NCBI GenBank assembly: GCA_052168235.1
Contig: JBQLZK010000073.1
Coordinates: 1-29,811, forward strand
Direction: 5' to 3'
DNA: 29,811 nt
Source of the DNA: Thainema sp.
GTDB lineage: Bacteria > Cyanobacteriota > Cyanobacteriia > Phormidesmidales > Phormidesmidaceae
Below are positions 1 to 10,051 of this stretch, piece by piece. Below the pieces are notes generated by a model. It worked only from the letters and a program-made list of their open reading frames with translations. It had not been told where the DNA came from and did not search any database. Made by a program: the position numbers and the translations under genes. The stretch's first letter is position 1. Each line of letters begins with the position of its first letter.

Positions 1-2
1 AG

Positions 3-56
3 ACGGGTAATTCTATTGTGGCTTCGGCTGGTGCAGGTTGGGATGCTGTGATTTAG
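3..56 (+). CDS. possible 3' end of an upstream gene (partial, ...TGNSIVASAGAGWDAVI*)
   Basis: Open frame from the window edge to TAG at 54-56, followed immediately by a long hairpin (69-109) shared with the convergent ycf45-like gene. Product cannot be identified. Confidence 0.35.
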   Translation, partial: TGNSIVASAGAGWDAVI

Positions 57-68
57 TACCGTAAACAG

Positions 69-109
69 CTATTGGCGAAACGCACGCATTGCGTGCATTT
101 CGCCAATAG
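69..109 (-). terminator. long hairpin, probable terminator (possibly bidirectional) downstream of the ycf45-like gene
   Basis: CTATTGGCGAAA(69-80)/TTTCGCCAATAG(98-109) plus GCACGC/GCGTGC. The single C/A mismatch on + becomes a U-G pair on the minus-strand transcript. Confidence 0.7.
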
Positions 110-153
110 ATAGAATTCGCTGTACTTGTAAATTCCAAGCAGTCAACCATCTA

Positions 154-2016
154 TTAAGCCGGATAAATGCGTAAGCGACGATTGGGTTCATCGCCAAAAC
201 TAGATGATTGAAGCCGATAGTGTTCAATTAACTCGTGCTGCATTTTGCGGACTTTAGCAGAACGGGGTAACAGTTCAACAGGCTGTCCTTTGGGAATAAC
301 GATCTGCTCGACCGCTAACCGTGCCTCTTCTAAAGCTTCGATTTCATCATCTGCGCCGCTGTGGGAAAACAGCTCCAAGTTGACTGCTTCAGGTGTAGAC
401 ATGTCATCCATATCCAGCATCCGCTGCATGCCGCGTACGATTTGCGGTACGGTGTTGGATTTAACGGTATGTACAGGAATTTGCCGATTTTTGGCCAGCA
501 TGCGAATTTTCGAATGGCCTTTCAAGTGCGATCGCAACGCTAAAATCGCGTCGGCGGAATCTAAATCCTTAGTTAAGACAACAGGTAGGTTGAGCGTTCG
601 GATCACCCGCTCAACTTGCTGTCGGCTGATGCCGTATGGATATAGATGCAGCAGATCTTCGCCATTTGGCCCGACTGCGGACAAGCGACCTGAATCGGCT
701 TGCATAGGGCTGGTTTGCATGTCCCCTGCCAATGACTGATCCAGCATCTGCGTAAAGTCTTGCTGAGCGTCTGGATAGAGGGGACGAACGGTATCCCGCC
801 GCTTTGTCCAACTCCGGTACGGTAGCGGTGCCATCTGGCCAGAAGAACGCCATCCTGAGACATCACTACTTAACTCGTTGGTGCGAGCTGGGCGCTTTAG
901 CATTGCCGGGGTGGAATCCGATAGCTCATGGGTGATGACAACTTTCCCGTTCTCGCTTACAGTACGCACCTGCGGATTCGGACGCCGACCCCGCAGCAAG
1001 CTATCGACTGTTTGGGCAACGTCTTCATGAACAACCCAGCGCTGCCGCTCTAGCATTTCTACGGCAATATCGAAGGTTGGTGGTGCTTTTCGCTCTAGCA
1101 CGCTCTTTTGACTACCGCGTCGTCGTGCCTCTTCATCACCCAGCGTAACCGACTGAATCCCACCGACCAGATCGGATAGGGTCGGGTTCTTGATTAGGTT
1201 TTCGATTTGATTACCGTGAGCCGTTCCGACGAGTTGAACACCGCGTTCAGCAATTGTTCTGGCCGCTAATGCCTCTAGTTCAGTACCGATTTCATCAATG
1301 ATAATGACCTCTGGCATATGGTTTTCCACGGCTTCAATCATGACCTTATGCTGAAGCTCAGGCTGTGCAACCTGCATGCGGCGCGCCCGACCGATTGCAG
1401 GATGAGGAATATCGCCATCGCCGGCAATCTCGTTGGATGTATCGATAATGACTACTCGCTTTTGCAGATCATCGGCTAAGACACGGGCAATTTCTCGTAG
1501 AGCGGTTGTCTTGCCAACACCCGGTCGCCCCAGCAGCAGAATAGACTGGCCTGTTTCTACCAAATCGCGGATCATGCCAATGGTGCCAAATACGGCACGC
1601 CCCACTCGGCAGGTTAAACCAATGATGTCTCCCGCCCGATTGCGCATGGCGCTGATCCGGTGGAGGGTTTGCTCGATTCCAGCCCGATTATCACCGCTGA
1701 ACATGCCGACTCGATCAACGCAGTGCTGTAAATCGGTACGCGAGACAGGAACATCTGATAGATATTCAACTGAGTCTGAAAAACGTGCTTCTGGGCGACG
1801 GCCAACATCTAAAACCACTTCGATGAGCTGGTTCCGTTGGGCATGATTGGTTAAACGACGCTGCAAATCGAGCGGCAAGATCGACAGTAGCTGATCTAAA
1901 TCATCAGTAATTTGGGTTTTGGCAATCTTTGTCCCAGCTTTTTTCTCAGCTTTCTCAGCAACTTCAGCTGGATTAGAATCGGTTACATCAGAGCGATGGC
2001 TATCAAATTGACTCAT
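154..2016 (-). CDS. ycf45: Ycf45-like SpoIIIAA-type AAA ATPase with C-terminal R3H nucleic-acid-binding domain
   Basis: Walker A GRPGVGKTT, IIDTSNEIAGDG, Walker B IIIDEIG, GTAHG; C-terminal R3H motif RKMQHELIEHYRLQSSSFGDEPNRRLRIYP. Start placed at ATG 2016; the ORF extends to 2103. Confidence 0.88.
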   Translation of the reverse strand: MSQFDSHRSDVTDSNPAEVAEKAEKKAGTKIAKTQITDDLDQLLSILPLDLQRRLTNHAQRNQLIEVVLDVGRRPEARFSDSVEYLSDVPVSRTDLQHCVDRVGMFSGDNRAGIEQTLHRISAMRNRAGDIIGLTCRVGRAVFGTIGMIRDLVETGQSILLLGRPGVGKTTALREIARVLADDLQKRVVIIDTSNEIAGDGDIPHPAIGRARRMQVAQPELQHKVMIEAVENHMPEVIIIDEIGTELEALAARTIAERGVQLVGTAHGNQIENLIKNPTLSDLVGGIQSVTLGDEEARRRGSQKSVLERKAPPTFDIAVEMLERQRWVVHEDVAQTVDSLLRGRRPNPQVRTVSENGKVVITHELSDSTPAMLKRPARTNELSSDVSGWRSSGQMAPLPYRSWTKRRDTVRPLYPDAQQDFTQMLDQSLAGDMQTSPMQADSGRLSAVGPNGEDLLHLYPYGISRQQVERVIRTLNLPVVLTKDLDSADAILALRSHLKGHSKIRMLAKNRQIPVHTVKSNTVPQIVRGMQRMLDMDDMSTPEAVNLELFSHSGADDEIEALEEARLAVEQIVIPKGQPVELLPRSAKVRKMQHELIEHYRLQSSSFGDEPNRRLRIYPA

Positions 2017-2118
2017 GGACTCAAAAACTAACTCAATTGTGTTAGAGAAGGTAATATCAAATCCGTCCATGAAAATCGCATTTGCTATTAGCTGAATACA
2101 CACGATACGTGCGTTTTG

Positions 2119-3573
2119 CTAAACAGCATCTGAGGATTTTATAGCCGGATTACTGGCAAATGGCTCTTTAATTTGAGCAACGAGAGATCGCGCTAATTGA
2201 ACTGCCGAGATCAATTCCGGTGTGATCAATTTTTGTGTGACCGATGTGGGCATCCAATCACTCCCAGATGGCGCGATCGCATTTGGACTTTCAAGCGTTG
2301 AGGACTGAGATTGGGATGGTGGCTGACCTCCTAAGGTGGGTTGAAAACTGGGCTGTATCGGCTGCTGGGCTATGTTATGGGTGGTAAAAGAATGTGGCAT
2401 CTGCTCAACTGCAAGCCGATTAGCAAGATTGGATGGATCACGGGTTAGCTCAGTATTCAGCATCGGAGTTAGATGAGCTTCTAAATAGGATGCCGAATCA
2501 TGAGCGTGAAACGATAGTTCAGCTTGGTCTAACCGTTCAATTGCCTCAGCCAATAAAGTTCTAGCGTAACTACCATAGGCAACACCTGCCACATACCGCT
2601 GTGATAATTGCTGAAAGTTCTGCCAATGCCTCCAGACAGATTCTTGAGGCTCTGGTAGAGCAAGTAGGTTTTGCGATCGCAACTTCTCAACTGTGTAATG
2701 ATTGGTGCCGCCTGCTAGCTGGACATATCCCGGCAGGTCAGATGCCAATACTTTTTGACCCAGTCGAATCGCAGCATGGGTTGTCCCCATGCCAATATCC
2801 CCACTCATCGGACGACCATCGGTTTGCCAAACCAAGGCAGTGGGTAATGGCGACATCAGCTCATATAGCGATCGCAGATAGTCCAGCACATTGGGCGCGT
2901 CCGGACAGCTGACGGCCACTAGTTTCAGTTGCGGCACCCAAGGCAAAACCGCCTGCCATAACCGCTTAAAGTGCTCAAAGTGCCCCACCTGCGTATGAAT
3001 TTCAATTGCATCGACTTGGGAAAAAATTAAAGGTGCGATCGCGGATGGATTGGATACATACGAGTGAGTCTGAATATTCTGTACGGGACAAATGGGTAAG
3101 CAGCGACCACAGCCGTAGCACAGCTCTTCAATCACACCCGCTTGAGCTGTTTGCGCCTCTTGTCCTTGTCTGTTTGAGAAGATAGGCTGGGTTGGAAACG
3201 TGATGGCTTGAGCTGGGCAAATCTGTTCACAAGGACGAGGGCAATCCGACGGACAATGCTCTGCATCAAAATAAGCCTTGCGGAAGTGTGGATCTTCTCC
3301 ATCATTCAGGCTAACCATCAGCCAAGGTTGCCCAGCGAAAAATGGCCACATGTTAGGTAAAGCAGTGGCCATTTCATGGCTTAATTGAAGCGCTTTGCGT
3401 GCAGCGGCAACCACCGCCGGATCGGCAGCAACATCAATACAGTCTGCACCAGCTAAGGCATAGGCCAGCGTCAAGTGATGCACGGCTGGCAAATGCTGAA
3501 AACTTGCACCACAGATAAGCTTAAACCAGTGTCCTGCTTGCAGAGACTTTAAAGGGCATTGCAATCTATCCAC
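2119..3573 (-). CDS. ldpA: circadian input protein LdpA (2x 4Fe-4S)
   Basis: N-terminal WFKLICGASFQHL, DGEDPHFRKA, Fe-S motifs CPSDCPRPCEQICP and CYGCGRCLPICP, WQTDGRPMSGDIG, QLAGGTN; GTG start; position next to ndhN is typical of cyanobacteria. Confidence 0.92.
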   Translation of the reverse strand: MDRLQCPLKSLQAGHWFKLICGASFQHLPAVHHLTLAYALAGADCIDVAADPAVVAAARKALQLSHEMATALPNMWPFFAGQPWLMVSLNDGEDPHFRKAYFDAEHCPSDCPRPCEQICPAQAITFPTQPIFSNRQGQEAQTAQAGVIEELCYGCGRCLPICPVQNIQTHSYVSNPSAIAPLIFSQVDAIEIHTQVGHFEHFKRLWQAVLPWVPQLKLVAVSCPDAPNVLDYLRSLYELMSPLPTALVWQTDGRPMSGDIGMGTTHAAIRLGQKVLASDLPGYVQLAGGTNHYTVEKLRSQNLLALPEPQESVWRHWQNFQQLSQRYVAGVAYGSYARTLLAEAIERLDQAELSFHAHDSASYLEAHLTPMLNTELTRDPSNLANRLAVEQMPHSFTTHNIAQQPIQPSFQPTLGGQPPSQSQSSTLESPNAIAPSGSDWMPTSVTQKLITPELISAVQLARSLVAQIKEPFASNPAIKSSDAV

Positions 3574-3751
3574 CCCTTCATGCTAGTCGTTTCTACTGAA
3601 AATGACGAGGTTCGACCAACATTTATTCTCTCACTCCGATGCTACTTTCCTTTTGTAGCCAAGCTCACATATTGCACACATCAATTGAAACCATGACGCT
3701 CAATAACTGGGACAAGCTTTTTGTGAATTTGTGAAAATGACAGCTCAGTAG

Positions 3752-3798
3752 CGATAGCGAAAGAGGAGACTCGCACTCGCAAGTCTCCTCTTTCATCG
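3752..3798 (-). terminator. hairpin, probable terminator or stabiliser downstream of the small ORF
   Basis: 13-bp perfect stem GAAAGAGGAGACT(3759-3771)/AGTCTCCTCTTTC(3782-3794), 10-nt loop, outer CGAT/ATCG. No long U-tract on the minus strand. Confidence 0.6.
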
Positions 3799-3838
3799 GT
3801 ATATTAAATATTCAATTTTGCCCGTATCAGCAGCTCGC

Positions 3839-3976
3839 TTACGGACGATTCCGATCTTGATTAGAGTCAGGATTCGCTGGATTTCCAGATTGGCCTGACT
3901 TGTCATCTCTAGCGCGTGTGCCTGCGCCTTGCAAGCGACCCGGTTTACCCTGGTTTGGTGGGTTATATCCGCTCAT
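3839..3976 (-). CDS. candidate small hydrophilic protein, 45 aa (MSGYNPPNQGKPGRLQGAGTRARDDKSGQSGNPANPDSNQDRNRP)
   Basis: ATG at 3976 preceded by GGAG at 6-nt spacing (ttGGAGctatttATG); same strand as its neighbours; followed by a strong hairpin. Confidence 0.5.
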   Translation of the reverse strand: MSGYNPPNQGKPGRLQGAGTRARDDKSGQSGNPANPDSNQDRNRP

Positions 3977-4245
3977 AAATAGCTCCAATAGATGCATACG
4001 ACATGGGTTGGCAAGAATTTTGCACATCGGGGCAGGAAGGCTCCATGTTTTGTGGTGCGATGCCCATTGTGTGCTGGGCAAGATCCCAAACTGCCAACTA
4101 CGACATTCAGATGACCCTACCCTTCAAGCTTAGCTCTACCTTAGGCAAAACTCACTTTTCACGTTATGCAACGTAAGCTTGGTGTGCCACGCCCTGATAG
4201 GGTCTTTGCAAATTGGAGCTTATTATGGTATGGACTCGCTCAAGC

Positions 4246-4725
4246 CTAAACTGCAGTTGCGATCGCATTCTCAAGCGGCGTCCAGCGAAAATAGCGCTCT
4301 CCACCACATTCCAGTATCACTTTGATGCGAGGCTCCATCTTGGGCAGCGAAACAAGATACTGCTTCTCTTGCCGAGTTAAGACTGTCCCTTCCAGAATCC
4401 ACAGCACAAGCCCTTTTTTCTTGGCATCCAAATGCTCAAGCTGGTACGTTGCCACGGGCGGAATATAGTATACGTATCCCACAGCCGCTCCAGAACTGGT
4501 GCTCTTTTTGCCTAAGTGGGGTGGACGTACACCATGGACATCAGTCAAATAGGCTGAAACATCACCTAATCCGCGCGCTGTCAAATTGAGGGTTTCATAA
4601 CCTGCGGCCCGCAGCCTACGCTGATATCGTCCTTCAAAACCACCTTCCAAAGGGACATAGACAGCTAACGCCCCGCTGGTTTCCAACTCACGGATAAACT
4701 TTTTCCCGGTTGTCAGTAGTGCCAT
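4246..4725 (-). CDS. ndhN: NAD(P)H-quinone oxidoreductase (NDH-1) subunit N
   Basis: MALLTTGKKFIRELETSGALAVYVPLEGGFEGRYQRRLRAAGY...ARGLGD...HGVRPPHLGK, matching the NdhN signature; divergent from rplC as is usual in cyanobacteria. Confidence 0.95.
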   Translation of the reverse strand: MALLTTGKKFIRELETSGALAVYVPLEGGFEGRYQRRLRAAGYETLNLTARGLGDVSAYLTDVHGVRPPHLGKKSTSSGAAVGYVYYIPPVATYQLEHLDAKKKGLVLWILEGTVLTRQEKQYLVSLPKMEPRIKVILECGGERYFRWTPLENAIATAV

Positions 4726-5070
4726 AAAAATGCCTGCTCAACACCTTTGACTGCAATTGCGCTTAGTAGTTGATGCTTTACTTCTGCTCACTATCGCATC
4801 TGGGCATCACGTTATAGCGGATGCAATAGATGCAATTCGTAAGTCGTCAACGCCAAACATCATTAATAATATAAACGCTTAACCAGCACCTATCCTGCAT
4901 CTAACATTGCTGATTCTCATAGATCACTATAATATTCCTTTGTCTTTATTGCTCTACATCCAGCGGGCAATATTGCCTAAAATTGAGTCTCAGACTAGGC
5001 TTTGGTGAAACCAGTTGTCGATAATTGCCAGAATATTTGCGATCGCATCCAAAAAAAATCATCAGATTAG

Positions 5071-5099
5071 TGGACAAAGCCGAAAACTTAGACTATATT
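5071..5099 (+). promoter_or_regulatory. sigma70-type promoter of the ribosomal protein operon
   Basis: -35 TGGACA (5071-5076), 17-bp spacer, -10 TATATT (5094-5099), with an A-tract upstream. Confidence 0.7.
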
Positions 5100-5105
5100 A
5101 TTTAA

Positions 5106-5423
5106 TTGTCGCCAAAAATGACTAGAGATGTTCATTCGAGTGCTGCTCTAGTCGAGATACTGGGTTGCCTCGGCTTCCCAAGTCTCCCAGGCGAACACGT
5201 TCCGAGTTTAAGTTACAGATGAGTCTGAGCTGCAAATGCAGCTAGGGTTGGGTGACCCCTGAGGCTATGTAACTGAGTTGCATGGTCTTACGCTTTTGCC
5301 TGAGTATATGACCATCTTGCACTTCGCGATTTAGCAGCGATTCTTAGGTTCGTGCAGTTGTTGGATCCAATCTGTGCATTGTGATCCTTTTTGCGGTGTT
5401 CAGACAAAAGGAGACTACTTATC
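5106..5423 (+). promoter_or_regulatory. long structured 5' leader of rplC (candidate cis-regulatory RNA)
   Basis: Successive stems between the predicted promoter and the rplC GTG, including TCCTTTT(5385-5391) complementary to the SD-containing AAAAGGA(5406-5412). Confidence 0.55.
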
Positions 5424-6059
5424 GTGTCTGTTGGAATTCTTGGCACCAAGTTGGGAATGACCCAAGTCTTTGATGATGAGGGTCGTGCAATTCCAGTAAC
5501 AGTTGTGCAGGCTGGTCCATGCACGGTTACCCAGGTGAAAACGCAAGAAACTGACGGTTATTCGGCTATTCAAATTGGCTATGGCGAAGTTGCCCAAAAG
5601 GCATTAACTAAGCCAGAACTAGGTCATTTGGCTAAGGCAGAGGCTTCTCCCCTGCGCCACCTAAAAGAATTCCGCGTCAGTGATATTTCATCCTATGAAC
5701 TGGGACAATCTTTGACGGTTGATCTCTTTGAAAATGGTCAGCTTGTGGACGTTGTTGGAACCAGTATTGGTAAAGGTTTTGCTGGTTACCAAAAGCGCCA
5801 TAACTTCCGCCGAGGCCCAATGGCGCATGGCTCTAAAAACCATCGTTTACCCGGCTCCACAGGCGCTGGAACAACACCGGGTCGGGTTTATCCAGGCAAA
5901 CGGATGGCAGGGCGTCTTGGTGGCACTAGGGTTACTGTACGAAAGTTGACTGTGGTTCGAGTTGACGCCGAACGGAATCTTCTTCTGATCAAGGGAGCAG
6001 TTCCAGGCAAGGCTGGAGCTTTTCTAACGATTGAACCGACAACAATTGTAGGCAAGTAG
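5424..6059 (+). CDS. rplC: 50S ribosomal protein L3
   Basis: [35 protein letters not shown] start at 5424 after AGGAG. Confidence 0.98.
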   Translation: MSVGILGTKLGMTQVFDDEGRAIPVTVVQAGPCTVTQVKTQETDGYSAIQIGYGEVAQKALTKPELGHLAKAEASPLRHLKEFRVSDISSYELGQSLTVDLFENGQLVDVVGTSIGKGFAGYQKRHNFRRGPMAHGSKNHRLPGSTGAGTTPGRVYPGKRMAGRLGGTRVTVRKLTVVRVDAERNLLLIKGAVPGKAGAFLTIEPTTIVGK

Positions 6060-6126
6060 TTTGTAAGTAGCTTGATTAAGGGTTCGCTGAGTTAATCAAG
6101 GCAGATAGAGATAGGGGATGGCGGAA

Positions 6127-6762
6127 ATGGTTGAATGTGTTGTGCGAGATTGGCAAGGAAAAGAATCCGGCCAAACCATCGCTTTAGACTTGCGAGTTGC
6201 ATCAGAAGAGAATGCTGCTCATGTTGTTCACCGGGCGTTAATTCGGCAGATGAACAATGCACGCCAAGGAACTGCTTCGAGTAAGACTCGTGCAGAGGTT
6301 CGTGGTGGTGGACGTAAACCCTGGAGGCAAAAAGGAACAGGCCGAGCCAGAGCTGGTTCAATCCGTTCTCCTCTATGGCGGGGTGGTGGTGTCATCTTTG
6401 GTCCTAAGCCACGGGATTACAGCGTCAAAATGAACCGCAAAGAGCGGCGTTTGGCTCTGAGAACCGCACTGCAAAGCCGAGTTGAGGATTTGGTTGTGGT
6501 TGAAGAGTTCGCGAGTGAATTTTCTCGGCCTAAGACCAAGGATCTGGTCGCAGCTCTATCTCGTTGGGGGGCTAACTCAGGCGATAAGGTTTTGCTGGTT
6601 TTGGCTGAACGTTCTGAGGAAGTCTATCTGTCTGCGCGCAACGTCGCAAACCTCAAGCTTATCCTGGCTACAAATCTGAATGTCTATGACATCTTGTCAG
6701 CAGACCGAGTTGTAGCGACTGCTTCTGCTCTAGAGAAAATTCAGGAGGTATATGGTGACTAG
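6127..6762 (+). CDS. rplD: 50S ribosomal protein L4
   Basis: [33 protein letters not shown]; start at ATG 6127 (alternative 6118). Confidence 0.98.
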   Translation: MVECVVRDWQGKESGQTIALDLRVASEENAAHVVHRALIRQMNNARQGTASSKTRAEVRGGGRKPWRQKGTGRARAGSIRSPLWRGGGVIFGPKPRDYSVKMNRKERRLALRTALQSRVEDLVVVEEFASEFSRPKTKDLVAALSRWGANSGDKVLLVLAERSEEVYLSARNVANLKLILATNLNVYDILSADRVVATASALEKIQEVYGD

Positions 6763-7060
6763 TCTTCCAGATGCGGGACAACTCGCAAGCATCGTCCGTC
6801 GTCCAATCGTGACCGAAAAGGCGACGCTATTGCTAGAGAATAACCAGTACACATTTGAAGTATCTCCACAAGCTACCAAGCCTGAAATTAAAGCAGCGAT
6901 TGAGTCTCTATTTGACGTGAAAGTTGTCGGAGTCAGTACTCATCGTCCTCCTCGCAAGAAAAGACGGATCGGTCGGTTTGCTGGATATCGTCCGCACTAT
7001 AAGCGAGCAATCGTGACTCTCCGAGACGGTGACTCCATCAACCTCTTCCCTGAGGTTTAG
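6755..7060 (+). CDS. rplW: 50S ribosomal protein L23
   Basis: RPIVTEKA...YTFEV...[16 protein letters not shown]...YKRAIVTL; overlaps the rplD stop. GTG 6755 is best spaced from AGGAGG (alternative ATG 6752). Confidence 0.97.
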   Translation: MTSLPDAGQLASIVRRPIVTEKATLLLENNQYTFEVSPQATKPEIKAAIESLFDVKVVGVSTHRPPRKKRRIGRFAGYRPHYKRAIVTLRDGDSINLFPEV

Positions 7061-7127
7061 CCTGATTAATGCAGGACTAGTTGCTTGATTTTGAATTATT
7101 TAGCAGAGCAGTTAAGAGAGAAAAAAC

Positions 7128-7991
7128 ATGGGTATCCGTTCCTACCGACCCTACACTCCAGGCACGCGTGAGCGTACTGGCTCTGACTTCAGCGAAGTCA
7201 CCCGCAGTAAGCCAGAAAAATCCTTAACTAAGTCAGTACATCGGTCCAAGGGCCGCAACAATCGCGGTGTAATCACTTGTCGCCATCGTGGTGGTGGTCA
7301 CAAGCGTCGTTACCGAATCATCGACTTCCGCCGGGACAAGCACAACGTGCCCGCCAAAGTTGCGGCTGTTGAGTACGATCCTAATCGCAATGCCCGAATT
7401 GCGCTGCTGCACTATCAAGATGGTGAAAAGCGCTATATTCTTCATCCGGCTAATTTAGAAGTTGGTGCCACAGTCATCGCTGGAGAAGGTGTGCCGATTG
7501 AAGTGGGTAATGCAATGCCATTGGCACAGGTTCCTCTAGGAACTGTCGTTCATAATGTGGAGCTTGTACCTGGCAAAGGTGGTCAGATTGTGCGGGCTGC
7601 CGGAACTTCAGCTCAGGTGGTGGCTAGAGAAGGCGGGTTCGTGACGTTGAAGCTACCTTCAACCGAAGTTCGTATGGTGCGAGGTCAGTGCTACGCAACC
7701 ATTGGTGTAGTCGGTAACTCGGAATCCCGCAATGTCAGTTTAGGTAAAGCAGGCCGCACACGCTGGAAAGGCCGTCGTCCTCAGGTTCGTGGTAGTGTTA
7801 TGAACCCGGTCGATCACCCACATGGTGGTGGTGAGGGTCGTGCTCCAATTGGTCGTTCTGGACCCGTTACACCGTGGGGTAAACCTGCTCTAGGTGCTAA
7901 GACTCGTAAGAAGAAGAAGGCAAGCGATGCGCTGATTGTTCGCCGCCGTCGTCGCTCATCCAAGAGGGGTCGCGGAGGCCGTAACGCCTAA
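7128..7991 (+). CDS. rplB: 50S ribosomal protein L2
   Basis: [34 protein letters not shown]. Confidence 0.99.
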   Translation: MGIRSYRPYTPGTRERTGSDFSEVTRSKPEKSLTKSVHRSKGRNNRGVITCRHRGGGHKRRYRIIDFRRDKHNVPAKVAAVEYDPNRNARIALLHYQDGEKRYILHPANLEVGATVIAGEGVPIEVGNAMPLAQVPLGTVVHNVELVPGKGGQIVRAAGTSAQVVAREGGFVTLKLPSTEVRMVRGQCYATIGVVGNSESRNVSLGKAGRTRWKGRRPQVRGSVMNPVDHPHGGGEGRAPIGRSGPVTPWGKPALGAKTRKKKKASDALIVRRRRRSSKRGRGGRNA

Positions 7992-8080
7992 TTCATAAAT
8001 CAACGAATAGCTTGAGTTACCACATTTTGTTTTCTTCATTGAACTGTTGTTAGTTTGCTGATGCCATTAGGTTTAAAGCC

Positions 8081-8359
8081 ATGTCGCGATCGCTAAAAAA
8101 AGGTCCTTTCGTTTCTGATAAATTACTATCCAAGATTGAGGTTCTGAATTCAAAAAATGAGAAGCAGGTGATTAAAACATGGTCACGAGCTTCAACAATT
8201 CTGCCTCAGATGATTGGTCATACCATCGCAGTCCATAACGGTCGGCAGCATGTACCTGTTTATGTGACCGAGCAAATGGTTGGCCACAAGCTAGGAGAAT
8301 TTGCTCCTACCCGCACCTTTAAAGGACATGCGAAAAGTGATAAAAAGGCGCGTCGCTAA
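8081..8359 (+). CDS. rpsS: 30S ribosomal protein S19
   Basis: [29 protein letters not shown]. Confidence 0.99.
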   Translation: MSRSLKKGPFVSDKLLSKIEVLNSKNEKQVIKTWSRASTILPQMIGHTIAVHNGRQHVPVYVTEQMVGHKLGEFAPTRTFKGHAKSDKKARR

Positions 8360-8412
8360 GCAACTAGCTTAGAGACGTCAGCAAAATCATTCTGCTAGAG
8401 CTAGGGGAAATT

Positions 8413-8775
8413 ATGGCTATCAATACAACAGAAGAAACAAAAGCAGTTGCTCGATATATTCGCATGTCGCCGCGCAAAGCTCGCCGTGTCTTGGATCAGA
8501 TTCGAGGCCGTTCTTATCGAGAGGCTCTAATCATTCTAGAGTTCATGCCTTATCGTGCCTGTGAACCAATCCTCAAGGTGCTAAGATCCGCTGTCGCTAA
8601 TGCTGAACATAATTTGGGGTTGAATCCTGCTGATCTAGTGGTGAGCCGCGCTTATGCTGATCAAGGTTCGACTTTACGGCGTTATCGGCCTAGGGCTCAA
8701 GGAAGGGCATATCAAATCCGCAAGCCAACCTGTCACATCACGGTTGCTGTGGCACCAAGCTCTGACAGAGATTAG
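8413..8775 (+). CDS. rplV: 50S ribosomal protein L22
   Basis: [31 protein letters not shown]. Confidence 0.98.
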   Translation: MAINTTEETKAVARYIRMSPRKARRVLDQIRGRSYREALIILEFMPYRACEPILKVLRSAVANAEHNLGLNPADLVVSRAYADQGSTLRRYRPRAQGRAYQIRKPTCHITVAVAPSSDRD

Positions 8776-8828
8776 CAATCCAAGTCATCTCTAAGTTTTT
8801 AGCATTACATTTGACAGAGGACGTATCC

Positions 8829-9560
8829 GTGGGACAAAAAATTCATCCAGTTGGATTTAGATTAGGCGTTACGCAAGAACATCGCTCTCGTTGGTTTGCA
8901 GAAGGGCAAGCTTATCCCCAACTCCTGCAAGAGGATCACCTAATTCGGAACTATATCAATAAGAATTTGAGCAGTGCCGGGATTTCTGAAGTGCTCATCG
9001 AGCGTAAGGCTGATCAGATTGACCTTGAAGTTCGTACTGCTCGACCTGGTGTCGTTGTAGGGCGTGGTGGTAGTGGTATTGAGCAGCTACGGACTGGTTT
9101 GCAGCGAGTTCTTGAGGACAGTGATCGGCAAATCCGGATCAACGTTGTAGAAGTAGCGCGAGTCGATGCTGATGCATCTCTTGTGGCTGATTATATTGTC
9201 CAGCAGCTAGAGCGCCGTGTTTCATTTCGCCGAGTAGTTCGCCAAGCCATTCAACGCGCTCAACGCGCTGGCGTTCAGGGAATTAAGATTCAGGTGGCTG
9301 GTCGCTTGAATGGTGCTGAAATTGCTCGTTCAGAATGGACGCGTGATGGTCGTGTGCCACTGCATACGTTGCGAGCCAATATTGACTACTCCTATAAGAC
9401 CGCGCAAACCACTTACGGAATATTGGGTATCAAAGTCTGGATCTTCAAGGGTGAAGTTATTCCTGGTCAAGAGGATGAATTTGCATCAGGCGCGCCACAG
9501 CCACGTCGAAAGCGGTCAGGTCGTAGGCAACAGTACGAAGATCGCTCTAGCGAGAGTTGA
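8829..9560 (+). CDS. rpsC: 30S ribosomal protein S3
   Basis: [39 protein letters not shown] start at 8829. Confidence 0.98.
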   Translation: MGQKIHPVGFRLGVTQEHRSRWFAEGQAYPQLLQEDHLIRNYINKNLSSAGISEVLIERKADQIDLEVRTARPGVVVGRGGSGIEQLRTGLQRVLEDSDRQIRINVVEVARVDADASLVADYIVQQLERRVSFRRVVRQAIQRAQRAGVQGIKIQVAGRLNGAEIARSEWTRDGRVPLHTLRANIDYSYKTAQTTYGILGIKVWIFKGEVIPGQEDEFASGAPQPRRKRSGRRQQYEDRSSES

Positions 9561-9628
9561 TCGAATAAACCTGGTTGCACCGGTTAACTTGTCTCGGATT
9601 ATGTAATCGTTCATCTTTGTAGAGAATT

Positions 9629-10048
9629 ATGCTAAGTCCCAGAAGAACAAAATTTCGTAAGCAGCATCGTGGACGAATGCGCGGTATGGCAACTCGCGGC
9701 AATAATGTCAATTTTGGCGATTTTGCGCTGCAGGCTTTAGAACCTTCATGGATCACCTCTCGTCAAATTGAGGCTGCTCGTCGAGCAATGACTCGATATA
9801 TTCGACGGGGTGGAAAAATCTGGATTCGAGTTTTTCCTGATAAGCCAGTAACGATGCGTCCAGCCGAAACCCGGATGGGTTCTGGTAAAGGCAACCCAGA
9901 ATATTGGGTAGCTGTGGTAAAGCCAGGTCGCATCTTATTTGAAATTGCTGGTGTTCCTGAAGAAACAGCCCGTGAAGCTATGCGTTTAGCTTCGTTTAAG
10001 CTGCCAATTAAGACCAAGTTTATTGCTCGTGAGACGGAGGAATCATAG
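9629..10048 (+). CDS. rplP: 50S ribosomal protein L16
   Basis: [22 protein letters not shown]. Confidence 0.99.
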   Translation: MLSPRRTKFRKQHRGRMRGMATRGNNVNFGDFALQALEPSWITSRQIEAARRAMTRYIRRGGKIWIRVFPDKPVTMRPAETRMGSGKGNPEYWVAVVKPGRILFEIAGVPEETAREAMRLASFKLPIKTKFIARETEES

Positions 10049-10051
10049 GTC

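Noticed and set aside
245..1846. Plus-strand ORFs of 164 and 137 aa (and shorter ones) over ycf45
   Set aside because: Antisense shadows of a well-supported gene, with no recognisable motifs.
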